Shown: positions 10,999 through 22,540 of the stretch, piece after piece
How the letters are laid out: each line of letters begins with the position of its first letter
Position numbering within the stretch: position 1 is the first letter of the stretch
DNA from: Acidobacteriota bacterium
GTDB taxonomy: Bacteria > Acidobacteriota > UBA890 > WLXD01
Assembly (NCBI GenBank): GCA_965205505.1
Contig: CBDBHB010000007.1
Span: forward strand, 192,001 to 256,000
Direction of reading: 5' to 3'
Length of the DNA stretch: 64,000 nucleotides
Translations under genes and position numbers: made by a program
Notes under the pieces: model-generated
Databases searched by the model: none
Seen by the model: the letters and a program-made list of their open reading frames with translations, nothing else
Told to the model about the DNA's origin: nothing

Positions 10999-12592
10999 TG
11001 GAAGGGGCCCCGGCCAGGCTGGGTGATCTCGAAGCCCTCGCGATCCTTTGCGGCGCGCACCATGCGGCGAACATCGGCGAGCAAGGCCGGCGCGTCAAAG
11101 ATGACGCCGTCTTTGATCGTGTACCTGATCGCGCCGACGCGGGTAATGCTGTTGTCCACTAGCAGCTTGAGCGCGCCGATACCGTAGAGGACCTTGAGGT
11201 TCTGCAGTGGGTTCTCCTCCACGATAACGAAGTCGGCCAACTTGCCGACCTCGATCGACCCGACCTCGTCGGCCACCCCCAGTGCATGCGCACCATCGAG
11301 AGTGGCGGCGCGGATCACCTCGAGGGGATGAAACCCTGCCTCGCGTAAGAGCTCCATCTCACGCACGAACGAAAAGCCGTAGAGGTTGTATGAGTAGCCG
11401 GAGTCGGTGCCGATGGCTACCCGGCCGCCACGGTTCTTGTATTCGTTGATGAACGTCATCCACAGCTGGTAGCTGCGTTTCCCACGACACCTCCTCTTCG
11501 GTGCCCCAGTAGAACCAGTACGAGGCGTGGGCGACCCGGTTGGGCAGGTAGAACCGCCACAGCGAAGGCAGCGTATGTTCCTCATGCCATTCGGCGCGCG
11601 CCATGCGCATGAAATCACGCGTGGTCTCGTAGGCAACGAAAGTCGGCACGATCGTGAAGTCGAGCTCGAGCAGCTCATCCATCACCGCGTTCCAGTGTGG
11701 CGTGTACGGCGCCGCCGCCTGCTGCCAGAGCCTCCCGGCTTCGCCGAAGCGATGCTGCTCGTCGTTGTAGTTGTAGTCGAGGCGGAAATCCTGGATGGCG
11801 CGATCCGTGAACAGCGCCTCTGGCAGGCCGTACCAGTGCTGCATCGAGGTGAGCCCGAGGCGCGCCGAGTCGAGCACGTTCATCCACGCCACGTCGAGCT
11901 GGGCGTGGTGCATCGTGGAGTACAGTCCTCGTCGGCGGGCCTCGTCGAGCGCCGCTTCCATGATGTCGGGCCGGGCCCCGAAGAACTTGATCCCGTGTGC
12001 GCCCATGCGCAACCCAGGCGCGCGCCTGCTGCGGCGTCGCGATGGAGCCGTCGTGTCCCTGCCCGAATGAGACCGACGGGTAGAGCCGCGGCGCGGTGAT
12101 CTCGTTGGCTTGGCTGCGCGCCTGATGATCGAGCATCCAGCGAATACCGTTGTCGCTGCCAGGGTCTGAGCTCGTCGTGATGCCGTGCCCCATCCAGAGC
12201 TTGAGGATGTACTCGGCGGGAGTCTCCGGCCCCGCGAGTTGGCCGTGCAGGTCGACGAAGCCCGGGAGCACATAGGCGCCACCGAGCTCGAGCACGCGGT
12301 CGCCGGCGTTCGCCTGCGGCCGCCGCGACTCGTCGATGGCCGCCCCCGGCACGCCGACGTTGCGGATATCGACGATGCGGTTGCCCTCGACAACAATGTC
12401 GACCGGCCCTCGCGGCGGCGCCCCGGTACCGTCGATCAAGGTCGCCGTGCGCAGGATCAGGCGCTGGAACGGCCCTTCCCCGACGGTTCGATCGGGTGCC
12501 GCCGGGTTTTGTGCCGAGACCGCCGGCACGGCGAGGGCCGTAGCGGCCACCAGCACCGTCATGGCAGTCGCCCTGCACGCCGATGCCTTCAT
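10968..12592 (-). pseudogene. Secreted amidohydrolase with two frameshifts (near 12005 and 11480)
   Basis: Three overlapping ORFs supply signal peptide + LPGFVDLHG, GIKFFG...MHHAQ, and GTDSG...GSIEVGKLADFVI. Confidence 0.8.
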
Positions 12593-12746
12593 GGGGTCAC
12601 CGTGCGTAAGTTCGCGTACCGAGGCTCAAAGCGTTGACCTAGCGTCACGCTCTCGATGCTGAGAGGACTCATGTCCTCAACCTCAGCCAGGGGCTTGTAA
12701 TCGGTGGCCATGACTATCCCTCTACTGCTCTGGAAGTGTGTCGAAC

Positions 12747-12764
12747 CTAGCAGGCCATGGTGAC
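12747..12764 (+). repeat. Degenerate IS/MITE end copy
   Basis: CTAGCAGGCCATGGTGAC. Confidence 0.6.
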
Positions 12765-13020
12765 TCTCCATCTTAATCTCCGGGGGTCCTTCTCTGGGCC
12801 GTACTGGCTCGTGAGAGCGTAGGTCTTTGCTCCTTCGCTTCCTTGTCGACTTGCTCACTGGTTGCGAGTCGGGGCTGGCCGTTTTGGCGGCACCGATGGA
12901 GTCGTCGACCCTACTCGCCTTCCAATCCTTCGGCAGCTTCTGCATGTCATAGATTCCGAGTCGTTACCTACACGGTGGGAACCGGGTAGTGTCTCCGTAG
13001 AGTAAGAGGAGGACCCGAAC

Positions 13021-14133
13021 TTGGGACCGGCACACCCGCAAAGACCCTTCTCTCGCAAACCGTGGTTGCTCGTGGCGTGCCTGCCCCTGCTCTGGTGGGG
13101 GTCGGCGCCGAACCAGGATAGTGGCGCGGTCGAAGCGAGCGACGGCATCGAGATCCTCTACGTCGCTAACCGGATGGAGGGGACGATCTCCGTTATCGAG
13201 GTGCCGAGCTTCGAGGTGATCGGCAAGTTCGACGCCCTGCCCGACATCCCGGCCGACCAGCGACCAGAAGGCGGGCTAGCGTACGACCTGGTGGCGCCGA
13301 GCACGGGCCAGGTGTTGTACCTGGCTCGCGACGAGGTTCGCGACGTAGTGGCATTCAGCACGGCGACCGAGGAGCTGCTGTGGCAGCTGCCGGTCGGCGG
13401 CATCGCCGATCACATGGCTCTCTCGCACGACGGGCGCTATCTGTTCGTCTCGGTGATCAGCGAGAGCCATGCGGTCGTGATCGACACCGTCGAGCCCGCA
13501 GTCGTCGGCAAGATCAATACCGGCATCGGCCCGCACAGCATGCATATGTCGCCCGACGGCAAGCGTGTCTACAACGGTTGCATCCTGTGCGATCAGATCA
13601 CCATCGCCGATGCCGGCACGTTCGAGGTTATCCGGACGATTCAGTTCGATGAGGGCGTGCGGCCGTTCGCGATCACGGCCGATGAACAGACGATGTTCAT
13701 TCAGCTCTCCAAGCTGCACGGCTTCGTCGTGCTCGACCTGAAAACCGATCGCATCGTCAAGACCATCCATCTACCAGTGCCGGACGGTGTGGAGCACATG
13801 AAGACCTGGCCTCACACCGCACACCATGGTCTGGCGCTGACGCCCGACGAGACCCGGCTCTGCGTAGCGGGCACAGCCGGGGACTACGTCGGGATCGTCT
13901 CGGTGGAGGGGCTGGATCTGCTAGCCACGATTCCGATCGGTAGCGAGCCCTACTGGATGACCGCGAGCCTCGACAGCAGGTACTGCTACGCCAGCGCACG
14001 CTACGACGACAGCGTCTCGATCATCTCGCTCGCCGAAGAACGAGAGGTCGCCCGCCTCGAGCTCGGTGACTACGCGTTCGGCATGTGGACGGTGCGTATC
14101 CCCGAGAGGCAGGTCGGTCGGTCGGGCAGATAG
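13021..14133 (+). CDS. Secreted YncE/YVTN-type beta-propeller protein
   Basis: LYVANR, SPDGKRVY, LTPDE repeats; hydrophobic leader; GGAGG upstream of TTG. Confidence 0.82.
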   Translation: MGPAHPQRPFSRKPWLLVACLPLLWWGSAPNQDSGAVEASDGIEILYVANRMEGTISVIEVPSFEVIGKFDALPDIPADQRPEGGLAYDLVAPSTGQVLYLARDEVRDVVAFSTATEELLWQLPVGGIADHMALSHDGRYLFVSVISESHAVVIDTVEPAVVGKINTGIGPHSMHMSPDGKRVYNGCILCDQITIADAGTFEVIRTIQFDEGVRPFAITADEQTMFIQLSKLHGFVVLDLKTDRIVKTIHLPVPDGVEHMKTWPHTAHHGLALTPDETRLCVAGTAGDYVGIVSVEGLDLLATIPIGSEPYWMTASLDSRYCYASARYDDSVSIISLAEEREVARLELGDYAFGMWTVRIPERQVGRSGR

Positions 14134-14137
14134 TGCC

Positions 14138-14192
14138 CTAGCAGGCCGTGGTGAAAGTGTGGAGGGCCCTCCGGGCCGCCACAGCCTGCTAG
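14138..14192. mobile_element. Minimal 55-bp MITE with both ends, between convergent genes
   Basis: CTAGCAGGCCGTGG...CCACAGCCTGCTAG; the right CTAG contains the stop codon of the MBL gene. Confidence 0.8.
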
Positions 14193-15190
14193 GGGTGGAT
14201 TCGGACGACGCCTTCCGCGACGGTCGGAAATCGTCGGAATAGCTCGGCGTCATGACCCGGTATTACTCGGGCGAAATCTCCGGCCAGTTCGACCATGCGC
14301 CTGAGCGCAGCGATGTTGGTGTCCCTGTCTTGAGGCGCGAACGTCGCACCAGCCCGACCCTCTTCGACGTTCCGGTACAGATATGCATTGTCGGAGGCCA
14401 AGACGTAGCGAGTCGGGCCATCGACCACCAGGTACTGCGAGGCGTAGGTGTGGCGGGCGCCCGTGAAGACTCGAATCCCGGGAAGGATCTCGATGTCGTC
14501 TCCTCCGATCAAGCGAACCGACCCCGCGGTGTTCCGCGACACCAGATGAGCCACGTCCGCACTGTCGATGCCACCGCTGTTGCCACCCGGTTGCCACGCG
14601 GCACCTGTGTAGTACGTGAACTCCGCCTCCTGAATCCAGACCATGGCATTCGGGAACAGCTCGAGCCCGCCCATGTGATCCCAGTGGGCGTGGCTGACAA
14701 CGATGTCCGTCACGTCTCCAGGGTTCACACCGATCCTCGACAGCACCCGATCCGGACGTACGAACCCACGAACGTTGAACCGGCCCAACCAATCCTCTCG
14801 GAAGAAACCGGTGTCGAAGAGGATGAGTCGGTCGCCACTTCGGATCAACCAGACGGCCATCGCGATGTCGATGGTCTCGTCTTGCGGTGCATCTGGTATG
14901 AGGCTACGGAGCGGGAAGTCCGTGATCTCGCCGTAACGGACCGCGAAGATCTCGGCTTCCTGAGCAACGCCGGATACAGGGGTGACAACGAGCGTCAACA
15001 AGAGCAGGACGACACCCGCTGGAAGCCCCAGTTTCGAATCCCGGTGGCCCAACTTCCAATACCCGTTCGGTCTGGATCGGCTACGCGCGACGATGGTAGC
15101 ATCGCGCCCCTCAGCGACAGCGGTCGGCCCTGGGAACGGGGCGTTCATGAGATCCGGTGAAGCTGGGCGCAGGAGGGGCGCCGAATGCAA
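14189..15190 (-). CDS. Metallo-beta-lactamase fold hydrolase, N-acyl homoserine lactonase-like (true start probably near 15050)
   Basis: SHAHWDHMGG, H-T, ASD and PGHD motifs; signal-like segment ending GVAQ. Confidence 0.82.
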   Translation of the reverse strand: MHSAPLLRPASPDLMNAPFPGPTAVAEGRDATIVARSRSRPNGYWKLGHRDSKLGLPAGVVLLLLTLVVTPVSGVAQEAEIFAVRYGEITDFPLRSLIPDAPQDETIDIAMAVWLIRSGDRLILFDTGFFREDWLGRFNVRGFVRPDRVLSRIGVNPGDVTDIVVSHAHWDHMGGLELFPNAMVWIQEAEFTYYTGAAWQPGGNSGGIDSADVAHLVSRNTAGSVRLIGGDDIEILPGIRVFTGARHTYASQYLVVDGPTRYVLASDNAYLYRNVEEGRAGATFAPQDRDTNIAALRRMVELAGDFARVIPGHDAELFRRFPTVAEGVVRIHP

Positions 15191-17315
15191 TTCACGGCAA
15201 CTCGACGAGCGACGTTCTCAGCAAGCCTGCTGGCGGCCCTCGCCGTCCTCCCGCTTGCGGCGACATCCGGCGCCGCGCCGCCGTCAACCAGTTCCCTCGC
15301 CGCGGGCTCGGTCTCGCAGCCCACCTACGAGATCGCGCTCCAGGAGGCGTGGATTCCGATGCCCGACGGTGTGCGGCTGTCGGCCGACGTTTTTCTGCCC
15401 ACCGGCGGTGAGGCCGGGGAGAAGTTCCCGGTACTGCTCGAGTACCTCCCTTACCGCAAGAACGAGAAACGCGATCGGAACTACTCGCTGTATTCCTATT
15501 TCGTCGAGCGCGGCTTCGTGGTCGCCAGGGTCGACATCCGCGGCACCGGCAACAGCGAGGGCCGGACGATCCCCTACGAGTACAGCGAGATCGAGCAGGA
15601 AGACGGCGACGTGGTGATCGACTGGCTCTCGAGACAGCCGTATTCGAACGGCAACGTAGGGATGTTCGGCATCTCGTGGGGCGGCTTCAACGCCATCCAT
15701 ATGGCGATGCGCAACCCGCCGGCGCTCAAGGCGATTATCGCGGTGGCCGCAACCGACGATCTGTACCAGGACGATGTGCACTACATCGACGGCATCCCGC
15801 GCCTGGCCGAGTCGTGGCAGATGAGCCACGACCTCCAACAGGCCAGGCCGGCAGCGCCCGAGTACACCATCGACGAGGCCTACTTCCGCGACCGCTTCGA
15901 CGTTGCTCCGTCGATGATGACGTACATCCACCACCAGCGGGAGAGCCCCTTCTGGGACCGATCATCCTTGGTTGGTCAGTACGAACGCATCCGCATTCCC
16001 ACATTCGTGATCGGCGGCTGGTACGATGGTTATCGCGATACCGTGCCGCGCATGCTGGAGAATCTCGAGGCTCCGGTGAAGGGGATTATCGGCCCCTGGT
16101 CGCACTACTACCCGCACAACGGTTACCCGTTGCCGCAGATCGAGTGGCGCCGAGAGGCGGTGCGATGGTTCGACCACTGGCTGCGAGGGCGCGACACCGA
16201 AATCATGGACGAGCCCGCCTTCGCGGTATACGTGCGCAACTGGCACCCGCCAGGTCCGGTGCTCGTCGAGGCGCCGGGTACCTGGCGGTGGGAAGAGGGC
16301 TGGCCGATCGAGCGTACCCGCGACTGGATCCTGCATGCACAGCCGAACCATACCTTGGAGGAGTCGGTCCCGGCCGGCGCGGTGCACCAGATGCGTTATG
16401 TGCCGAGCGCCGGAATCGAGGCGGGCGGACCGACGATGTACTGGAGCGACGTGGCGCCCGACCAGAAACCGACGGACGCCTACAGCCTGGTCTACGACAC
16501 TGCGCCATTGGCCGAAGACACCGAGATCCTCGGGCTGCCACACGCCCTCCTGAGTGTCTCGGCGTCGGCGCGACGGGCCAACTGGTTCGCGCGCCTCAAC
16601 GACGTGGCGCCCGACGGCACCGTTGACGCTGGTGGCGGGGGCCGGATTCAACGGCACGCATCGGAACTCGGCGCGAGACCCGCAGGACGTGGTACCCGGG
16701 GAGGTGTTTCCGCTCGACATCGAGATGCACTTCACCTCGTGGGTGTTCCCCAAAGGACATCGCATCCGGCTGTCGGTGAGCAACTCGCAGTGGCCGATGG
16801 CCTGGCCCAGCCGCGACGCCATGACCACGACGCTGGGAATCGGCGGCGATAGCCCGTCGCGGGTCGTGCTTCCGGTGATTCCGTACGAGGAGCGGCCCGT
16901 GCCACCCTTCCAAGCTCCAGAGGCGGACCCGGTGTATCCGGGCTTCCGCAAGCTCGATACCGGCAATGCTTCGGGCTACGGCGAGATCGGTTCCATCGAG
17001 TACAACACGGCGAGTCGCTCAACTCGGGTCGAGGCCAGGAACACCGGCGGCACCGAGTACCCGTCGGGCACCTACCGGTATCTCGAACAGATCGCCCACG
17101 AGGTAGGGGACGACAGCCCCGAGGTGAGCTCGATGACCGGCGACCACACGATCGAGCTCGAGATCGGGGGCCACACCCTGGTCTGGGAAGCCGAGCTCTC
17201 GTTCCGCAGCGACTACGAGAACTTCTACTACACATACACACGACGATTGCTGCGTGACGGCGTGCTGGTACGCGAGCGCACCTGGGAAGACACCGTCCGG
17301 CGAGACTACCAGTAG
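15185..17315 (+). pseudogene. CocE/NonD (peptidase S15) hydrolase with one frameshift near 16623
   Basis: GISWGG nucleophile motif; the C-terminal domain FPKGHRIRL continues in ORF 16554-17315. Confidence 0.82.
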
Positions 17316-17584
17316 GGGAGTTCGTACTGAGTATCGAGCTGGATCGGCACACGCGTTCCGCCGACCTCCCCACACGGGAAGGTGGCGACCGCCGGCGGCG
17401 CGGTGGTCGCCGCAGCGCCCGGCGTTGCTCCTCCTCCACGATGGGCACACATCGTCTCGTCGGAGCGCCTTGCGTCCGGGCCCATTTCGCCACCACGATA
17501 GGCAACGATCATCTGCTACGGGCCACTAGTGCTGAAGAACTCAGCTAGAGCAGGCTAAGAGCCCCACAGTGTGAGAGGCCCAAG

Positions 17585-20017
17585 ATGAAGGACACAGCCC
17601 AGGTGGTGGTGATCGGCGGTGGCGTGGTCGGGTGCAGCGTGCTGTACCACCTCACCAAGGCGGGCTGGACCGATGTCGTGCTGCTCGAACGGCGGGAGCT
17701 GACCTCTGGGTCGACCTGGCACGCCGCCGGGGCGTTCCACACCCTGAACGGCGACCCCAACGTCGCCAGCCTGCAGAAGTACACGATCGAGCTGTATCGC
17801 GAGATCGAGGAGGTCTCGGGCCAGGACTGCGGCCTGCACCTCACGGGTGGCGTGGTTCTGGCCGACAGCGAGGAGCGACTCGACTGGCTGAAGATGGTCC
17901 ACGGCCGCGGCCGGTACCTGGGAATGGAGGCCGAGTTCATCTCGATGGCGGAGGCCGAGAGTTTGTTCCCCATGATGGACCCGTCGTACTTCGTCGGCGC
18001 GGTCTACGACCCGCTCGAGGGCCACGTCGACACCGTGGGAGTACCCAAAGCCTACGCTGGGGCGGCCCAGAAGGCTGGCGCCGAGATCCACCTTCACACC
18101 ATGGTCACCGATCTCGTGCAGCGCGCGGACTCGACGTGGGACGTCGTGACCGAGGCCGGAGTCATCCACGCCGAGCACGTCGTGAACGCGGCTGGCCTGT
18201 GGGCGCGCGAAGTAGGGCGCATGGTCGGTCTCGAGCTGCCGGTGCTGGCGATGGAGCATCAGTACCTGGTGACCGATCCGTTGCCGGAGGTAGTGGCATA
18301 CAACTCGGCCAACGACGGCCGCGAGCTCGTCGGAGCGCTCGATTTCGGCGGGGAGCTGTATCTGCGCCAGGAGGGTGAGGGCATGTTGATCGGCACCTAC
18401 GAGCGCGGCGGCAGGCCGTGGGCACCACGCGACACGCCCTGGGACTTCGACACCGAGCTGCTCCCGCCCGACCTCGATCGGATCACCGACTCGCTCAAGG
18501 TCGGCTTCGCCCACTTCCCCGCCTTCACCGACGCCCCGATCAAGCAGATCATCAACGGCCCATTCACATTCACCCCCGACGGCAACCCGCTCGTCGGGCC
18601 TGTCCGTGATCTCCCCAACTACTGGTTGGCATGCGGCGTGATGGCCGGATTCAGCCAGGGCGGCGGAGTCGGGCTGGCGCTAGCGGGGTGGATGACCGAT
18701 GGCGATCCAGGCATGGACGTGTGGGGTATGGACGCGACCCGTTTCGGCAACTGGGCGACGCCGGCCTACACCGACGCCAAGGTACGGGAGTTCTACTCGC
18801 GCCGGTTCAAGATCGCGTTCCCCAACGAGGAGCTGCCGGCCGGCCGGCCCCTCCAGACCACGGCCATCTACGACGAGCAGACCGCGGCCAACGCCGTGTG
18901 GGGCGCGGCCTTCGGGTTGGAGTACCCGCTCTGGTTCCAGCGTCCTGGCCTCGATCCGGTGGAAGAGATCACGTTCAAGCGCTCGAACGCTTTCGACATC
19001 ATCGGAGAGGAGAGTCGAGCAGTTCGCGAACAGGTGGGTCTCACCGAGATTTCGAACTTCGCCAAATACGAGGTCGCCGGCCCCGGCGCGAACTGCTGGC
19101 TGTCGGGCCTGCTTACCAACCGCATCCCGGCGCCGGGGCGGATGGTGCTCAGCCCCATGCTCAACGAGCGCGGAAAGCTGATCGGCGATTTCACCGTCGC
19201 GGCGCTCGATGCCGACTCGTATTACGTGTTCGGGTCGGGCAGTGCCGAGCAGTACCACATGCGTTGGTTCGGTCAGCACCTCCCCGACGACGGCAGCGTG
19301 CGGCTCCGAGCCGAGGGGGTCGGCCTCGTCGGACTCTCGATCGCCGGCCCGGCGTCGCGGGCCGTGCTGCAGGACGTCGCGTCGACCGACGTGTCGGCCG
19401 AGACCTTCGGTTTCCTCGACTTCCGTCGGATGAACGTGGCCATGATCCCGGCCATGGTCGGCCGCATCACCTTTACCGGCGACCTGGGCTATGAGGTCTG
19501 GGTGAGGCCCGAGTACCTACGCACGTTGTTCCGCACCCTCAGGGCGGCCGGCGAACCCCACGGGCTGCGGCTATTCGGGCTTCGCGCGCTGGATTCCTTG
19601 CGACTCGACAAGGGCTTCGGCTCGTGGTCCCGTGAGTACCGCCCGATCTACGGGCCCGAGGAGGCCGGCATGGGGCTCTTCGTGAAGCCCGACAAGGGTG
19701 AGTTCGTCGGTCGGGACGCCGCCGTTGCCGAGCGAGACGCGGGCCCGAAGCGACGGCTGGTTACGTTCGTGGTCGACGCCGTCGATGCCGACGTGATCGG
19801 CGACGAACCGATCTGGCACGACAACGAGGTCGTCGGCTGGGTCACCTCCGGCGGTTACGCCCATTGGTCGCAGCAATCGGTCGCCCTCGGCTACGTACCG
19901 TCCGAGCTGGCCGACGTCGGTGAGAGCTTCGAGATCGAGATCCTCGGCATTTGCAGGAACGCCGCTCTCCTGAAGGAGGCGCTTTTCGACCCGGCGGGCG
20001 CCCGCATGCGGAGCTGA
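17585..20017 (+). CDS. Dimethylglycine dehydrogenase-like FAD/GcvT protein
   Basis: GGGVVG, TSGSTWHAAG, FTPDGNPLVGP and ITFTGDLGYE; 810 aa. Confidence 0.92.
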   Translation: MKDTAQVVVIGGGVVGCSVLYHLTKAGWTDVVLLERRELTSGSTWHAAGAFHTLNGDPNVASLQKYTIELYREIEEVSGQDCGLHLTGGVVLADSEERLDWLKMVHGRGRYLGMEAEFISMAEAESLFPMMDPSYFVGAVYDPLEGHVDTVGVPKAYAGAAQKAGAEIHLHTMVTDLVQRADSTWDVVTEAGVIHAEHVVNAAGLWAREVGRMVGLELPVLAMEHQYLVTDPLPEVVAYNSANDGRELVGALDFGGELYLRQEGEGMLIGTYERGGRPWAPRDTPWDFDTELLPPDLDRITDSLKVGFAHFPAFTDAPIKQIINGPFTFTPDGNPLVGPVRDLPNYWLACGVMAGFSQGGGVGLALAGWMTDGDPGMDVWGMDATRFGNWATPAYTDAKVREFYSRRFKIAFPNEELPAGRPLQTTAIYDEQTAANAVWGAAFGLEYPLWFQRPGLDPVEEITFKRSNAFDIIGEESRAVREQVGLTEISNFAKYEVAGPGANCWLSGLLTNRIPAPGRMVLSPMLNERGKLIGDFTVAALDADSYYVFGSGSAEQYHMRWFGQHLPDDGSVRLRAEGVGLVGLSIAGPASRAVLQDVASTDVSAETFGFLDFRRMNVAMIPAMVGRITFTGDLGYEVWVRPEYLRTLFRTLRAAGEPHGLRLFGLRALDSLRLDKGFGSWSREYRPIYGPEEAGMGLFVKPDKGEFVGRDAAVAERDAGPKRRLVTFVVDAVDADVIGDEPIWHDNEVVGWVTSGGYAHWSQQSVALGYVPSELADVGESFEIEILGICRNAALLKEALFDPAGARMRS

Positions 20018-20090
20018 GCTCCGATCCGAAAGGAAACCGAACCCATCCAAAGGGAGCGTCGGCGACGCTTCCAACCGCGAGGAGCCGCTC

Positions 20091-21131
20091 TTGGAATATC
20101 GCACCCTGGGTAGGACCGGCTTGCAGGTCTCCTGCATCGCCTTCGGCACGGACAACTTTCTCGATCCGACCCCCGAGGACGAGTCGAAGCGCATGCTCAA
20201 CGTGGCCCTCGATGCCGGCGTGAACTTCTTGGACACAGGAGACGTGTACGCGGCCGGCGAAGCGGAGCGGATGATCGGTCGCGCCCTCAAGGAGAATGGC
20301 CGCCGGCACGAAGTGCTGCTCTCGACGAAGGTCGACCATTGCATGAGCATTCCTGGCCAATCTCTCGACGAGCACACGCCCGTCTCCAAGCCCAACACAC
20401 ACGGCCTCTCCAAGTACAACGTGATCCGCGCCTGCGAAAACTCGCTGCGCAGCTTCCAGACCGACTACATCGACGTCTACTACGCCCATCGCCACTCGCC
20501 CGAGATCCCGCTCGACGAGACGCTCGCCGCGCTCGACTATCTCGTGCGGTCAGGCAAGGTCCGCTACGTAGGCGCGTCGACCCATCCCGCGTGGGTGGTG
20601 ATGGAGGCGCTGGCGATCAGCAGGGAGCTCGGCTACCAGCGCATCGTCACGGAGCAATCGCCCTACAACCTGCTGGATCGCCGCATCGAGAACGAGCTGG
20701 TTCCGATGGCCCAGAAGCACGGCATCGGTCTCATCACCTGGGCGCCGATGGGAATGGGCGTGCTGGCGGGCCGCTACGACGATGCGGAAGATCTGCCGCA
20801 GGACTCGCGAGCCGTGTACCGAGGTGGGTTCTACCGGGATCGCGTCACACCCCGGGGCGTGGAGGTCGGGCGGCGCTTCGGTGCAATCGCGCGCCAGCTC
20901 GGCGTCTCCTCGGCGCAGCTCGCCCTGCTGTGGGCCAAGGACCAGCCGGGCGTGACAGCTCCCTTGATGGGGCCGCGCACGATGGAGCAGCTCGAAGACG
21001 CCTTGCCCGTCGCCGAGATGAAGCTCGACGACGAGACGCGCAGCGCCTGCGATGCGCTGGTGCCCCCTGGCTCTGCCGTGGCGGACTTCCACAACACCTC
21101 CGGCTGGATGAAGATGTCGGTTGGTGCGTAG
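20091..21131 (+). CDS. Aldo/keto reductase
   Basis: LGRTGLQVS, DTGDVY, TDYIDVYYAH, GKVRYVG, QSPYNLLDR. Confidence 0.93.
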   Translation: MEYRTLGRTGLQVSCIAFGTDNFLDPTPEDESKRMLNVALDAGVNFLDTGDVYAAGEAERMIGRALKENGRRHEVLLSTKVDHCMSIPGQSLDEHTPVSKPNTHGLSKYNVIRACENSLRSFQTDYIDVYYAHRHSPEIPLDETLAALDYLVRSGKVRYVGASTHPAWVVMEALAISRELGYQRIVTEQSPYNLLDRRIENELVPMAQKHGIGLITWAPMGMGVLAGRYDDAEDLPQDSRAVYRGGFYRDRVTPRGVEVGRRFGAIARQLGVSSAQLALLWAKDQPGVTAPLMGPRTMEQLEDALPVAEMKLDDETRSACDALVPPGSAVADFHNTSGWMKMSVGA

Positions 21132-21188
21132 CTGTCGGGGCGACTCCGGGTGCCAGCCTAGGCTCAGCAGGCCGTGGCAACAAGGGCG

Positions 21189-22517
21189 TCAGGTTGACGA
21201 TATCCGCCAGCGCGGGATCCGCTGCAACCACGCGGCGGCAGCCACCACTATCAGCAAGGCGCCGGCGTTGATCATCTGTGCCATCGGCGTCCCAAGCGCC
21301 CCAGCGACCGCGCCGGTCTCGAGGTTGCCGAGCGGGCCGGCACCGCGGCTGAGGTTCCAGACGCCGACGGCGGCGCCCCGCTCGTCGTCAGGGACGCGGT
21401 CCTGGACCAGCTTCGGCAGCAACACATCGAGAGCCGCCCAGGCAACGCCGATGCCCAGCATCAGGAGTAGCGATAGGGAGTAGGAGGTAGAGCCGGCGAA
21501 GGCGATCAGCGATATCGAAAACAGCCCACACATCCAGAGCAGCAGCGTGCCCGGCCGCAGCCGGGTGGAGAGCGCGGCGAGCGTCAGTAAGCCGGCGACG
21601 CCGCCGAGTTGCCGCGCGGCGGTCAGGTTGCCCAGCCCGGTCGCGCCGATCTCCAGGATGTCGCGCGCGAATGACGACACCAGCGCATCACTGGAGTACG
21701 CGAAAATCTCCGCCGCGGCGCCGATCGCGGCGAGCAGCAACACGGCCGGGTTGCGCCACAGCACGGCGAAGCCCTTGAGGACGACCGAGAGGTTGGGCAT
21801 GCGGCGAGGCACCGTTGCCACCGAGGCGCGAGCTTCAGGCGCTTGCGCGCTGCCCTTGTCTCCGCGCGGCTCGATCTCGGCGACTGAGACGTTGTCGAGC
21901 GGAGGCGAGCGACGGTCTCGAGGTACCCGAGATAGCAATGCTACGGCAGCGGCAAGCGAGATCGCCATCGACAGGAACGCGCCAGCCGCCCCGTACCACG
22001 CCAGCAACACGCCGGCGGCAACCGCCCCGACGGCACCGATGCCGCGGTTGCCGAGCTGCTCCAGCGCCATGCCGTTGACTGCCTCCGAGCGACCCACGAG
22101 GTCATAGACGAGGGTGCGTCCGAGCGTCGTCTCGACGGTGTCGACAGCGCCCTCCAGAAAGGCCACCACCATCAAACCGACAAAGGTCAGGTTACCCGTG
22201 AGGCCCAATCCGGCAGCGCCCAGAGCCATCACCGCACCGAGCAGGTCCACGCCCTGCAGCATTCGGCGTCGATCCATGCGGTCCGAGAGCGCCCCAGCGG
22301 GCACGCCGAACAGTAGACGCGGCACGTAGCGCACCGCGAAGACCGTTCCTACAGCCACTGGCGAGCCGGTGATCTCGAGCGCCAACCAGCCAAACGCTAC
22401 GGTGGCGACGCTGTGCGTGAAGCCACTCAGCGCCAGTGCCAACCACAACCACACGAAGCCCGGCCGCCGAAACGATGACAGCGTGGACTTGCCCAGCAGC
22501 CACTCGAACACGCCCAT
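21189..22517 (-). CDS. MFS transporter (MFS_3-like)
   Basis: GALSDRMDRRR motif A; about 12 TM segments. Confidence 0.88.
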   Translation of the reverse strand: MGVFEWLLGKSTLSSFRRPGFVWLWLALALSGFTHSVATVAFGWLALEITGSPVAVGTVFAVRYVPRLLFGVPAGALSDRMDRRRMLQGVDLLGAVMALGAAGLGLTGNLTFVGLMVVAFLEGAVDTVETTLGRTLVYDLVGRSEAVNGMALEQLGNRGIGAVGAVAAGVLLAWYGAAGAFLSMAISLAAAVALLSRVPRDRRSPPLDNVSVAEIEPRGDKGSAQAPEARASVATVPRRMPNLSVVLKGFAVLWRNPAVLLLAAIGAAAEIFAYSSDALVSSFARDILEIGATGLGNLTAARQLGGVAGLLTLAALSTRLRPGTLLLWMCGLFSISLIAFAGSTSYSLSLLLMLGIGVAWAALDVLLPKLVQDRVPDDERGAAVGVWNLSRGAGPLGNLETGAVAGALGTPMAQMINAGALLIVVAAAAWLQRIPRWRISST

Positions 22518-22540
22518 CTACTGCTGCTCGGCGCGACGTT

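Noticed and set aside
12760-12960. Possible transposase C-terminus next to the end at 12747
   Set aside because: No DDE or other transposase motif recognised.
17320-17560. Small ORF with AHRGG and two nearby CTAG sites
   Set aside because: Too short and degenerate to assign.
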